From Malacoraja senta (Eukaryota): a stretch of 64,000 bases of DNA. The position numbers and the translations under genes are program-made. The DNA lies in contig CM075990.1 in assembly GCA_038087875.1 (NCBI GenBank), positions 3,350,001-3,414,000 of the forward strand, in the 5' to 3' direction. Under the pieces are notes generated by a model. The model was not told where the DNA came from. It worked only from the letters and a program-made list of their open reading frames with translations, and did not search any database. Below, in pieces: positions 51,376 to 63,700 of the stretch (within the stretch, counting starts at the first letter, position 1; the number at the start of each line of letters is the position of its first letter).

Positions 51376-51877
51376 CAATAGACCATAGACAATAGACAAT
51401 AGGTGCAGGAGCAGGCCCTTCGAGTCAGCATCACCATTCAATGTGATCATGGCTGATCATCCCCAATCAGTACCCCGTTCCTGCCTTCTCCCCATATCCC
51501 CTGACTCCGCTATCTTTAAGAGCCCTATCTAGCTCTCTCTTGAAAGCATCCAGAGAACCTGCCTCCACCACCCTCTGAGGCAGAGAATTCCACAGACTCA
51601 CCACTATCTGTGAGAAAAAGTGTTTCCTCATCTCCGTTCTAAATGGCTTACTCCTTATTCTTAAACTGTGGCCCCTGGTTCTGGACTCCGCCAACATCGG
51701 GAACATGTTTCCTGCCTCTAGTGTGTCCAAGCCCTTAACAATCTTATATGTTTCAATGAGATGCCCTCCCATCCTTCTAAACTCCAGAGTGTACAAGCCC
51801 AGCTGCTCCATTCTCTCAGCATATGACAGTCCCGCCATCCCGGGAATTAACCTTGTAAACCTACGCTGCACTCCCTC
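51376..51877 (-). mobile_element. CR1/HER1 LINE 3' fragment
   Basis: QRRFTRLIPGMAGLSYAERM... ORF and tail. Confidence 0.9.
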
Positions 51878-51955
51878 TGATACATGTTAATGCTCTTTGA
51901 AATCAAATATCTAATTTTTGAAGACTTTAATGCTCATCTTGAGTTGCTGTCTGCT

Positions 51956-52278
51956 TAGTTTAGTTTAGTGTAGAGATATAGAGCGGAAACAGGCCCTTCG
52001 GCCCACCAAGTCCATGCTGACCAGCGATCCCCGTACATTACCACTATTCTACACACACTAGGGACAATTTTACATTGATACCAAGCCAATTAACCTACAC
52101 ACCTGTATGTCTTTGGAGTGAGGGAGGAAACCGAAGATCTCGGAGAAAATCCACGTGGTCACGGGGAGAACGTACAAACTCCGTACAGACAGCCCCCGTA
52201 GTTGGGATCGAACCCGAGTCTCTGGCGCTGAAAGCACTGTAAGGCAGCAACTCTACCGCTGCGCCACCATGCCGCCCA
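51956..52278 (-). mobile_element. HE1-type V-SINE
   Basis: SINE motifs. Confidence 0.88.
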
Positions 52279-52319
52279 TCTGTTGGTTCGGTGTAAGCGA
52301 GATACTTGTTAACACTTTT

Positions 52320-52678
52320 AGCCAGGCTAGATGCAGGAAGATTGTTCCCGATGTTGGGGAAGTCCAGGACAAGGGGTCACAGCTTAAGGATAAGGGGGAA
52401 ATCCTTTAAGACCGAGATGAGGAAAAACTTTTTCACACAGAGAGTGGTGAATCTCTGGAACTCTCTGCCACAGAGGGTAGTTGAGGCCAGTTCATTGGCT
52501 ATATTTAAGAGGGAATTAGATGTGGCCCTTGTGGCTAAAGGGATCAGGGGGTATGGAGAGAAGGCAGGTACGGAATACTGAGTTGGATGATCAGCCATGA
52601 TCGTATTGAATGGCGGTGCAGGCTCGAAGGGCCGAATGGCCTACTCCTGCACCTATTTTCTATGTATCTATGTATCTA
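52320..52678 (+). mobile_element. CR1 LINE 3' fragment
   Basis: RLDAGRLFPMLGKSRTRGHSLRI; (ctatgtat)n tail. Confidence 0.88.
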
Positions 52679-53592
52679 AAATATCTGTGGTACACAATTC
52701 ATCCATTAGAGTAACCTTTTGTGGCCATTACTGATTTATGCTGTTGCTTCAGTAACTGATATCCCGTAGCTTATCAAACAATGTCACAGAGGAGAATGTG
52801 AAGAATGCTGTTTATGGTGTGAATTATTATGATTGGGGATGCACAGCCTGCGTGAGTGTTTTTATGTGTGAAACGAGCTTGTGTTTTGAGCATTTCACCA
52901 CTGTTCCAACCCGCTACGGTTTAGGTTAGCTTAGAGGTACAGCATGAAAACAGGCCCCCTTGGCCCACCGAGTCCACGCCGACCAGCGATCACCTCGCAC
53001 ACTAACACAACCCTGCACACTTGGGACAATTTACAGTTTTACTGAAGCCAAGCAACCTATGAACCTGTGAGTGTGAGCGTGGGAGGAAACCGGATCACCC
53101 GGAGAAAACCGACAGGGCCACGGGGAGAACGTGCAAACTCCGCACAGGCAGCACCCATTGTCAGGAACCAACCCGGGTCTCTGGCGCTGTGAGTCAGCAA
53201 CTCTTCCGCTGCACCACCGTGCGGCCTGTTGAATCTGTCCATGTCAAAATATATCACAGGCAATCCTCACCTTTGCGATTCAAACGTTCAAATCACGGAC
53301 TTCATCTGAATCATCTTCATATGATGGCCATTAAGGTCAGTGAGTGTATGTCATTGAAACATAGAAACATGGAAACTAGGTGCAGGAGGAGGCCATTCAG
53401 CCCTTCGAGCCAGCACCGCCATTCAATATGATCATGGCTGATCATTCAAAATCAGTACCCTGCTCCTGCTTTTTCCCCATATCCCTTGAATCCATTAGCC
53501 CTAAGAGCTATATGTAACTCTCTTGAAAACATCCAGTGAATTGAACTACACTGCCTATTGTGGCAGAGAATTTCACAGATTCACAACTCTCT

Positions 53593-53994
53593 CTGTGGAT
53601 TGTCAGCTTGTCGTGGTGGAGAAGCTTGTGTGGTCCTGAGATCCTGAGAGCGATGCGGTCTGGAGCTATGCTCCTGGTAGGGCCACCCATGGTGGTAAGG
53701 TCGAGGGGGAGGTCTCTGACAAAGAGCAATCCAACCAAGACCTCAACGGTGAAACAGGTGGAGGATGATGGCTGACCTTAGTGGAGCGTCACAACGGCTG
53801 AGAAGGCGGATGAAGGCTGCAGCAGAAAAGGGTCTCTGGTCATCTTGGACTCCATGCCACTGGATCCTGACCCAGATCTGTCAAGGACCGTGTGTGGTGG
53901 CTGTCTGTGCACCAGTCTCCCCACGTTAAACAAAGTCACGCACATGCGTCCTCCATGAGAGGACAGTCATACTCGTTTTGAGTGACCGCCGATG
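53593..53994 (+). mobile_element. RTE-LINE-derived non-autonomous element, copy 2, inserted in an antisense CR1 (53357-54028)
   Basis: 10-bp TSD acaactctct at 53583-53592 and 53995-54004. Confidence 0.8.
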
Positions 53995-54419
53995 ACAACT
54001 CTCTGGGTGAAAAAGTTTTTCTTCATCTCATGTCGCTGAAATGCATTTGGGATAGAGTCATAGAGTCATACAGCGTGGAAACAGGCCCTTTGGCCCAACT
54101 TGCCCATACTGGCCAACATGCCCCATCTACACTATTCCAACCTGCCGAAGGGCCTGTTTCCAAGCTGTATAACTCTAGAACTAAATGGTGCAGTGGTTGG
54201 GACTGAACTGAGAGCTAAGGTTCCGGACCATTGATCCAGAAGCACAAGTTAAAATCCCATTGTGGCAGCTGGGGATTCAAATTCAAGTTTTATTGAATAA
54301 ATCTGGTCCTTAATTTCAAAGAAGAATCAAGTACAGGTTACAGTGATGATAGGCACAAAACCGTGAGATTATTGGAGCACCTCTCTGTTCCACAGGTACC
54401 TTTCTCTGTTTTGGTCAGA

Positions 54420-54962
54420 TCTGCTCTTCTAATTTGAGGAAGGACATTCTTGCTATTGAGGGAGTGCAGTGTAGGTTCACCAGGTTAATTCCCAGGATGG
54501 CGGGACTGACATATGATGAAAGAATGGATCGACTGGGCTTATATTCACTGGAATTTAGAAGGATGAGAGGGTATTTATAGAAACATATAAAATTCTTAAG
54601 GGATTGGACAGGCTAAATGCAGGAAAAATGTTCCCCATGTTGGGGGAGTCCAGAACCAGGGGTCACAGTTTAAGAATAAGGGTTAGGCCAGTTAGGACAG
54701 AGATGAGGAAAAATCTTTTCACCCAGAGAGTTGTGAATTTGTGGAATTCTCTGCCACAGAAGGCAGTGGAGGCCAATTCATTGATGTTTCCAGAGAGAGT
54801 TAAAGATACCTGTAGCTCTTAGGGCTAATAGAATCAAGGGATATGGGGAGAAAGCAGGAATGGGGTAATGATTTTGGATGATCAGCCATGATCATATTGA
54901 ATGGCGGTGCTGGCTCGAAGGACCGAATGGTCTACTCCTGCACCTATTTTCTATGTTTCTAT
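54420..54962 (+). mobile_element. CR1/HER1 LINE 3' fragment
   Basis: ORF2 C-terminus and (ctatgttt) tail. Confidence 0.9.
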
Positions 54963-55890
54963 ATGTCACAGAATCATACAGCAAGTAAAGTGGCCCTTCA
55001 GCCCACTGATTCTACACTGACTATCCCACACCCCCCCCCCCACAAAAAAATCCAATAAATAGCCACGATTTTTCCACTTTAGTTTTGGCTTATTTTGTTT
55101 AGTTAAACTAAACTAATTTCCCCTGGAAGATCGGAATTCATCCCACCTCGCAGAGACATGCGGGTTGATAGGTTAATCACTGTAAATTGCCTCTAGAGTG
55201 TAGATCTCCACTAGGTTAAACTAAAACCCAAAGTTGATCTCAGCATCTATTCTGGACAGGGCAAAGTCAAGCCCAGCCCAGGTGATCTTCTAAATTTATT
55301 CTCAAAAACATGAATGGGACAGGTTTAGAGGGATATGGGCCAAACGCAGGGAGGTGGGACCAGTGTAGATGGGGCATGTTGGGCTGAAGGGCCAGTTTCC
55401 ACACTGTATGACTCTATGACTCTATAACATTATAATGGTACAGTGGCACAGCGGTAGAGTTGCTGCCTTATAGCGCCAGTGACCCGGGTTCAATCCTGAC
55501 TACAGGTGCTGCCCGCAGGGAGTTTGCGCGTTCTCCCCGAGACCGCGTGGGTTTTCTCCGGGTGCTCCGGTTTCCTCCCACACTCCAAAGACGTGCAGCC
55601 TTGTGCACGTCAATTGGCTTTGGTAATCCCACATTCTCAACCACTCCCTCCACACCAAGGGCAATCTGCAAGCCTGCACGCCTTTGGGACGTGGGAGGAA
55701 ACTGGAAGAAACCCAGGCGGTCACAGGGAGAACGTGTAAACTCCGTACAGACAGCGTCAGGATAGTCAGGATCGAACTCGGGTCTCTGGCGCTGTGAGGC
55801 AGCAGCAGTCCATATGAACCATTTATGAACCCAACCTCTGCACCAATGGTTTCCAATCTTCAAAAGTAGCTTTAAACACTTACAATTTTC

Positions 55891-56174
55891 AGGGGGTGGA
55901 GGGGGGGGGGGGAGGGGGAGGACAGTGGGGCATATCTCCCTCTTCTTTTTACTCATTTATCTTCTTTCTTCTTGCACTTCTTTGGTAGTTTAGGGGTCTT
56001 TTCTTCTCTCTGTCTTTTGCATTTTTTTTCTTTTTCTTCATTCTTTCTTTTTTTTTTAATTTATGTATTAACGTTAAAAATGAAGCTGTACGAAAATTGT
56101 ATAACTTTCATGTCCATTGCTTTATTCTCGTACAATTGCTTCTAATAAAATGAATTAAAAAAAAAATTAAAAAC
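55891..56174 (+). mobile_element. L1-like 3' UTR fragment with poly-A
   Basis: G-run, T-rich UTR, aataaa, A tail; 15-bp TSD acactta(c/a)aattttc at 55876-55890 and 56175-56189. Confidence 0.7.
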
Positions 56175-56598
56175 ACACTTAAAATTTTCGTTTCATATAT
56201 CGTAAAGGAAGTTCTCAATTATAAGCCAAGGACACGTCAGAAAAAGGCATGAGAAAGTGCTGAACAATCACTTTATTACCCAAAAATCTGCAACAAAAAA
56301 AAAAAGTATCGTCAAATGCTATGTACATTATTAACATGATGACATTACAACATAATGTAACATAACATCAACATCTTTAACATCACAACGCTGTAATTAG
56401 GACTGCTGAGTGATTAAAACCGTAATTGTTATTGATCATGCGATCTAACAAAAAAATAAACGTGAGTTAATTGTGGCTTTAATCGTGTTACGAAGCCATA
56501 ACAGAATACTAATACGTCAGTGCGAAGCGGAAGGAGGCATTTCCATTGAAAAGGTAAGGATGGAAGTGAAAGAACACAGGGGGAGGATTAGAGGGAGT

Positions 56599-56810
56599 GC
56601 CTGTAGTCGCCTAAGAAATCGCCTAAGTGGGACAGGCCCATTATGGGCCTGTCCCACTTAGGCGATTTTTTAGGCGACTACAGGCGACTGGCGAAAAACT
56701 TTCAGCATGTTGAACATTTTTCAGCGATAGTGGCGACAATTTGGGCCGTCGTAGGTTGTCGCCAGGTTAACTTAGGTTGTCGCCGGGTGCTGACCTCGGT
56801 GAATGCCATG
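56599..56810. mobile_element. Two abutting Harbinger-type MITE ends separated by one TTA
   Basis: ...gtgggacaggccca (to 56640), TTA, tgggcctgtcccactta... (from 56644). Confidence 0.8.
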
Positions 56811-56904
56811 TGGAGAGGTGGGAAGGGTACAGAAGTAAAAGGAGGAGGGAGAGAGTGAGAGAGAGAAGGGGGATGGTGCGTCAATTCTTGACATCAACGT
56901 GCGT

Positions 56905-57240
56905 GGGTGGCACATTGCTGCAGCGGGTGGAGCCCCTGCCTCACTGCGCCAGAGACCCCGGGTTCGATGCTAACCTTGGCTGCTGTCTGTGTGGAGTTTG
57001 CGTGTGCTTCGCTGTGACCGCGAGGGTTTCTTCCGGGTTTCTTCTGGTTTCCCACCACATCCCGAAGTCATGTGGGTTTGCAGGTTAATTGGCCCGCTGT
57101 AAATTTGGTCCCGATTGTGTTGGGAGTGGATGAGAAAGTGGGATGACATAGAGCTGGTGTGATAGGGTGGGAGAAGGCTGGCACAAACCCGATGGGCTGA
57201 AGGGCCTGTTTCCATGCGATTTGTCTATACTCTAAACTCA
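56905..57240 (+). mobile_element. HE1-type SINE (diverged)
   Basis: SINE motifs. Confidence 0.75.
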
Positions 57241-57496
57241 AAACATACACATACATTAACACACACTGACACAAGCACAGCGACTGCATGCATATATGTT
57301 TAGCGTGGACTTGATGGTTCGAAACGCCTGTTTCCATGCTGTACCTCAAATCTAAACATGCACAAAATCATGAGAGGAATAGATCAGGTAAACACAGAGA
57401 CTCTCTTGCCCAGAGTAGGGGAATCGAGAACCAGAGGACATGGGTTTGAGGTGAGGGGGGAAAGATTTAATAGGAACCTGAGGGGCAGCTTTTTCA

Positions 57497-57676
57497 CTCA
57501 AGTCAAGTCAAGTCAAGTTCTATAGCACATTTAAAAAAACAACTCTCGTTGGCCAAAGTGCTTTACATTGGTGGAGATACTAACGTTATACAACATTGGT
57601 TCATAGATTAAGTACATACATAAGTACATACATATAGCCCTCCCTCAGAGGACGTCAAGAAAGGCTTGAGAGTAAA
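57497..57676 (-). mobile_element. L2-like LINE 3' end nested in CR1
   Basis: Minus strand aaagcactttg...aaatgtgctat plus (cttga)n tail. Confidence 0.6.
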
Positions 57677-59903
57677 GGGTGGTGGGTGAATGGAATGAGC
57701 TGCTGGAAGAGGTAGTTGAGGCAGGTACTATCACAATGGTTAAGAAACATTTAGACAGGTACATGGATAGGCGGGGTTGGAGGGATTTGGGCCAAACGCA
57801 GGCAAGTGGGCCTAGTGTAGATGGGGCATGTTGGCCAATTTGTCAGGCACAAATCTAATGATGGCCAATAGATAAAGGACTTTTTCTATTGATTCGTCCA
57901 GAACCAGGAACTAAAAGGGAGTCTACAATATAGGTTAATGTCATAGGAGCAGAATTAGGCCATTCAGCCCATCGAGTCCACCCCACCATTCAATAATGGC
58001 GGATTTAGCTTTCCCTCTCAACCCCATTCTCCTGCCTTCGCGTAACCTTTGAAATACTACAACGTCGGCAATGACAAAGTATTTCCATTGTAAATTATCC
58101 ACGCTGCAAGTGAACATGGTGTAAGGCTTTAAGGTCGCAAGTTGTGATTGATGATAAGTCATTAGTGGGATAGATGGTCCCATTATGGGGAAGGTTTCCT
58201 CTGGCAGGCAGTTCACCTCTTGCCCTCAGTAAGCAGCATAGTCAGTCTCAGGACTTATTCAGCCAAGCTTTCATAAGTTCATAAGTTATAGGAGCAGAAT
58301 TAGGCCATTCGGCCCATCAAGTTTAATCCGCCATTCAATCATGGCTCATCTACCTTTCCCTCTCAACCCCATTCTCCTGCCTTCTCCACATGACCCCTGA
58401 CACCTATACAAATCAACAATCTGTCAATCTCCACCTTAAAAATATCCATTGACTTGGTCTCCATCTCCAATTCCACACATTCTCCACCCACCGACTAAAG
58501 AAATTGTTCCTCATCGCCTTCCTAAAGGGACGTCCTTTTATTATGACGCCATGGCCTCTGGTCCTAGACTCTCCCACTAATGGAAACATCTTGCCCACAT
58601 CCACTCTATCCAGGCCTTGCACTATTCGCTAAGTTTCAACGAGGTCCTTCCAGAGTGCTACAGAAGAAGAAGTTCCAGAACATGGGCTGGAAAAGGTGCA
58701 GAGAAGATTTACAAGGATGCTGCCAGGTCTCGAGAGCCTGAGCTATAGGGAGAGGTTGAGAAGGCACAGTTGCACAGCGGTAGAGTTGCTGCCTTACAGG
58801 GCCAGAGACCCGTGTTTAATCCTGACTATGGGTGCTTCCTGTACGGAGTTTGGAAGTTTTCCCTGTGACTGTGTGGGTTTTCTCCTGGTGCTCCGGTTTC
58901 CTCCCACATTCCAAAGACGTGCAGGTTTGTAGGTTAATTGTCTTTGGTAAAATTGTAAATTGTCCCTACTTTGTAGGATAGTGCTAGCATACGGGGTGAT
59001 CGCTGGGCGGCACGGACCTGGTGGGCTGAAGGGCCTGTTTTCACCCTGTATCTCTAAAGTCTAAAGTCTAACTGCTATGACTTTATTCCTTAGAGCCTAG
59101 GAGGATGCGGGGTGATCCTATAGTGTATAAGATCATGAAAGGAATAGATAGGGTGAATGCACAGTCTTTTACCCAGATTAGGGGAATTAAGAATCAGATA
59201 ACATAGGTTTAAGGTGAGGGGGTGAAAGATTTAATAGGAACCTGAAGGGCAACTTTTTTACTCAAAGTGTGGTGGGTGTATGGAACAATTTGCCAGAAGA
59301 GGTAGTTGAGGCAGCTTCCATCATAACATTTCTCCCTCATCCTCCTGTGCTTCAAGGAATAGAGTCCTAGCCTGCCCAACCTCTCCCTACAGCTCAGGCT
59401 TTCGAGTCCTGACAACATCCTCGTAAATCTTCTCTGCTCTCCTTCCAGCTTAACAATATGGTGATTGGATTCTACCTTGTTAGAGATGGTCAATGTCAGA
59501 CTTGAATCATACAAAATGGCGACAGAAACATGCCGACTCTTGCGAAGCAGGGTCTCGACCCGAAAGGTCACCCATTCCTTCTCTCCAGAGATGCTGCCTG
59601 TCCCGCTGAGTTACTCCAGCATTCTGTGCCTGTCTTTTGTGACTCTTCTACACTGCCTCAGTGTAATGTACTACTGGTACACTCTTGTACTTAGGTATGA
59701 TGGTGCCTATGTACAGTAAGGTTTTTACTGAACTGTACGCAATAAAGGAATTTCACTCTCCCTAGGTACACGTGGCAATAAAGTACCATTGCTCATCATA
59801 TTCATTTACTGATTACTTGAAGGAATAACTGGTTTAGTTGCACGTAGTGATCTCAAGTAGGAAGTTATAGGGCCTGGATATCATGTCCCAACTGAAAGAC
59901 TTA

Positions 59904-60233
59904 TGGGCCTTTCCCACGTACGCAACTTTTTCGGCGACTGCCGGCACCCGTCATAGATCGTTGCAGGTTGCCGAAAATGTTCAACATGTTGAAAATCCAG
60001 CAGCGACCAGGACAAGGTGCGACTCTTTGGGCGACTACTCACGACCATACAGGCTTCACCCCACGACATGTCGCCTGTACGGTCGTGAGTCGTCTCCTCA
60101 GTCGCCCAAAGAGTCGTAGCGCCTTTCTGGTCGCCGCTGGATTTTCAACATGTTGAACATTTTCGGCGACCTGCAATGACCTATGACAGGTGCCGGCAGT
60201 CGTCGAAAAATTTGCGTAAGTGGGACAGGCCCA
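59904..60233. mobile_element. PIF/Harbinger-type MITE (mirrored at 62277-62604)
   Basis: TIRs tgggcctttcccacgtacgcaa / ttgcgtaagtgggacaggccca; TSD TTA/TCA. Confidence 0.88.
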
Positions 60234-60548
60234 TCAGACCTACAGTAGACCAGATAACTATCAATACCTTGTTGCTGAATATTTTTATTTCTGGCTAAGT
60301 CATAGAGTCATAGAGATATACAACATGGAAACAGGACCTTCTGAACATCTTGCCCATGCTTAGTTTAGTTTAGTTTCGAGAGACAGTGTGGGAACAGGTC
60401 CTTCGGCCCACTGTGCCCATGCCGGCCAGCGATCACCCGCACACTAGCTCTATCCTACGCTGACCAAGTTGGCATAGTGGGCTAGTCCCATTTGCCTGGA
60501 TTTGTTCCGTAGCTGTTTAAATTACAAGTGGACAATGTCACACTGACG

Positions 60549-60760
60549 TGTTAAAGAAGGAACTGCAGATGCTGGAAAATCGAAGGTAGACAAAAATGCT
60601 GGAGAAACTCAGCGGGTGCAGCAGCATCTATGGAGCGAAGGAAATAGGCAACGTTTCGGGCCAGTCTGAGGAAGGGTTTCAGCCCGAAACGTTGCCTATT
60701 TCCTTCGCTCCATAGATGCCGCTGCACCCGCTGAGTTTCTCCAGCATTTTTGTGTACCTT
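60549..60760. mobile_element. PLE fold-back mini-element, subfamily B (mirrored at ~61754-61963)
   Basis: 16-bp TSD caatgtcacactgacg at 60533-60548 and 60761-60776; core ctgaggaagggtttcagcccgaaacgtt at 60666-60693. Confidence 0.88.
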
Positions 60761-63700
60761 CAATGTCACACTGACGCCAGGTGAAATATCAGATAATACC
60801 ACAGAGCCAGAAAGTGACTCCAACGTGTGAGGCAGGCTCGGAGATTATTGTATGTTTGTCTTCAGTTTCAGTTTTTAGTTTCAGTTTCAGAGATACAGCG
60901 TGGTGGAAACAGGCCCTTCGGCCCATCGAGTCCATGCCGACCTTATACTGGTTCTATTTATTTTTAAGGTGGAGATCCTTGGTTACTAAGAGTGTCAGGG
61001 GTTATGGGAGAAGGCAGGAGAATGGGGTTGAGAGGGAAAGGTAGATCAGTCATGATGGAATGGCGGAGTAGACTAGATGGGACGAATGGCCTAATTCTAC
61101 TACCAGAGCTTATGAACTTATCCTACACTCTAGGGTCAATTTACAGAAGCCAATTAACCCACGAACATGGATAGACGCAAAGTGCTGGAGTAACTCAACG
61201 GGTCAGGCAAAATCACTGGAGAAAAACCATGGGTGACAATTCAGGTCAGGACCCTACTTCAGACCAGACCCAAAACGTCACCCATCGTTTTTGTCCAGAG
61301 ATGCTGCCTGACCCGCTGACCTACTCCAGCACTTTGGGTCTATCCATGTTCGTGGGTTAATTGGCTTCTGTAAATTGACCCTAGAGTGTAGGATAAGTTC
61401 ATAAGCTCTGGTAGTAGAATTAGGCCATTCGTCCCATCTAGTCTACTCCCGCCATTCCATCATGACTGATCTACCTTTCCCTCTCAACCCCATTCTCCTG
61501 CCTTCTCCCATAACCCCTGACACTCTTAGTAACCAAGGATCTCCACCTTAAAAATAAATAGAACCAGTATAAGGTCGGCATGGACTCGATGGGCCGAAGG
61601 GCCTGTTTCCACCACGCTGTATCTCTGAAACTGAAACTAAAAACTGAAACTGAAGACAAACATACAATAATCTCCGAGCCTGCCTCACACGTTGGAGTCA
61701 CTTTCTGCTCTGTGGTATTATCTGATATTTCACCTGGCGTCAGTGTGACATTGAAGGTACACAAAATGCTGGAGAAACTCAGCGGGTGCAGCGGCATCTA
61801 TGGAGCGAAGGAAATAGGCAACGTTTCGGGCTGAAACCCTTCCTCAGACTGGCCCGAAACGTTGCCTATTTCCTTCGCTCATAGATGCTGCTGCACCCGC
61901 TGAGTTTCTCCAGCATTTTTGTCTACCTTCGATTTTCCAGCATCTGCAGTTCCTTCTTTAACACGTCAGTGTGACATTGTCCACTTGTAATTTAAACAGC
62001 TACGGAACAAATCCAGGCAAATGGGACTAGCCCACTATGCCAACTTGGTCAGCGTAGGATAGAGCTAGTGTGCGGGTGATCGCTGGCCGGCATGGGCACA
62101 GTGGGCCGAAGGACCTGTTCCCACACTGTCTCTCGAAACTAAACTAAACTAAGCATGGGCAAGATGTCAGAAGGTCCTGTTTCCATGTTGTATATCTCTA
62201 TGACTCTATGACTTAGCCAGAAATAAAAATATTCAGCAAAAGGTATTGATAGTTATCTGGTCTACTGTAGGTCTGATGGGCCTGTCCCACTTACGCAAAT
62301 TTTTCGACGACTGCCGGCACCTGTCATAGGTCATTGCAGGTCGCCGAAAATGTTCAACATGTTGAAAATCCAGCGGCGACCAGAAAGGCGCTACGACTCG
62401 GGCGACTGAGGAGACGACTCACGACCGTACAGGCGACATGTCGTGGGGTGAAGCCTGTATGGTCGTGAGTAGTCGCCCAAAGAGTCGCACCTTGTCCTGG
62501 TCGCTGCTGGATTTTCAACATGTTGAACATTTTCGGCAACCTGCAACGATCTATGACGGGTGCCGGCAGTCGCCGAAAAAAGTTGCGTACGTGGGAAAGG
62601 CCCATAAGTCTTTCAGTTGGGGACATGATATCCAGGCCCTATAACTTCCTACTTGAGATCACTACGTGCAACTAAACCAGTTATTCCTTCAAGTAATCAG
62701 TAAATGAATATGATGAGCAATGGTACTTTATTGCCACGTGTACCTAGGGAGAGTGAAATTCCTTTATTGCGTACAGTTCAGTAAAAACCTTACTGTACAT
62801 AGGCACCATCATACCTAAGTACAAGAGTGTACCAGTAGTACATTACACTGAGGCAGTGTAGAAGAGTCACAAAAGACAGGCCACAGAATGCTGGAGTAAC
62901 TCAGCGGGACAGGCAGCATCTCTGGAGAGAAGGAATGGGTGACCTTTCGGGTCGAGACCCTGCTTCGCAAGAGTCGGCATGTTTCTGTCGCCATTTTGTA
63001 TGATTCAAGTCTGACATGACCATCTCTAACAAGGTAGAATCCAATCACCATATTGTTAAGCTGGAAGGAGAGCAGAGAAGATTTACGAGGATGTTGTCAG
63101 GACTCGAAAGCCTGAGCTGTAGGGAGAGGTTGGGCAGGCTAGGACTCTATTCCTTGAAGCACAGGAGGATGAGGGAGAAATGTTATGATGGAAGCTGCCT
63201 CAACTACCTCTTCTGGCAAATTGTTCCATACACCCACCACACTTTGAGTAAAAAAGTTGCCCTTCAGGTTCCTATTAAATCTTTCACCCCCTCACCTTAA
63301 ACCTATGTTATCTGATTCTTAATTCCCCTAATCTGGGTAAAAGACTGTGCATTCACCCTATCTATTCCTTTCATGATCTTATACACTATAGGATCACCCC
63401 GCATCCTCCTAGGCTCTAAGGAATAAAGTCATAGCAGTTAGACTTTAGACTTTAGAGATACAGGGTGAAACAGGCCCTTCAGCCCACCAGGTCCGTGCCG
63501 CCCAGCGATCACCCCGTATGCTAGCACTATCCTACAAAGTAGGGACAATTTACAATTTTACCAAAGACAATTAACCTACAAACCTGCACGTCTTTGGAAT
63601 GTGGGAGGAAAACCGGAGCACCAGGAGAAAACCCACACAGTCACAGGGAAAACTTCCAAACTCCGTACAGGAAGCACCCATAGTCAGGATTAAACACGGG

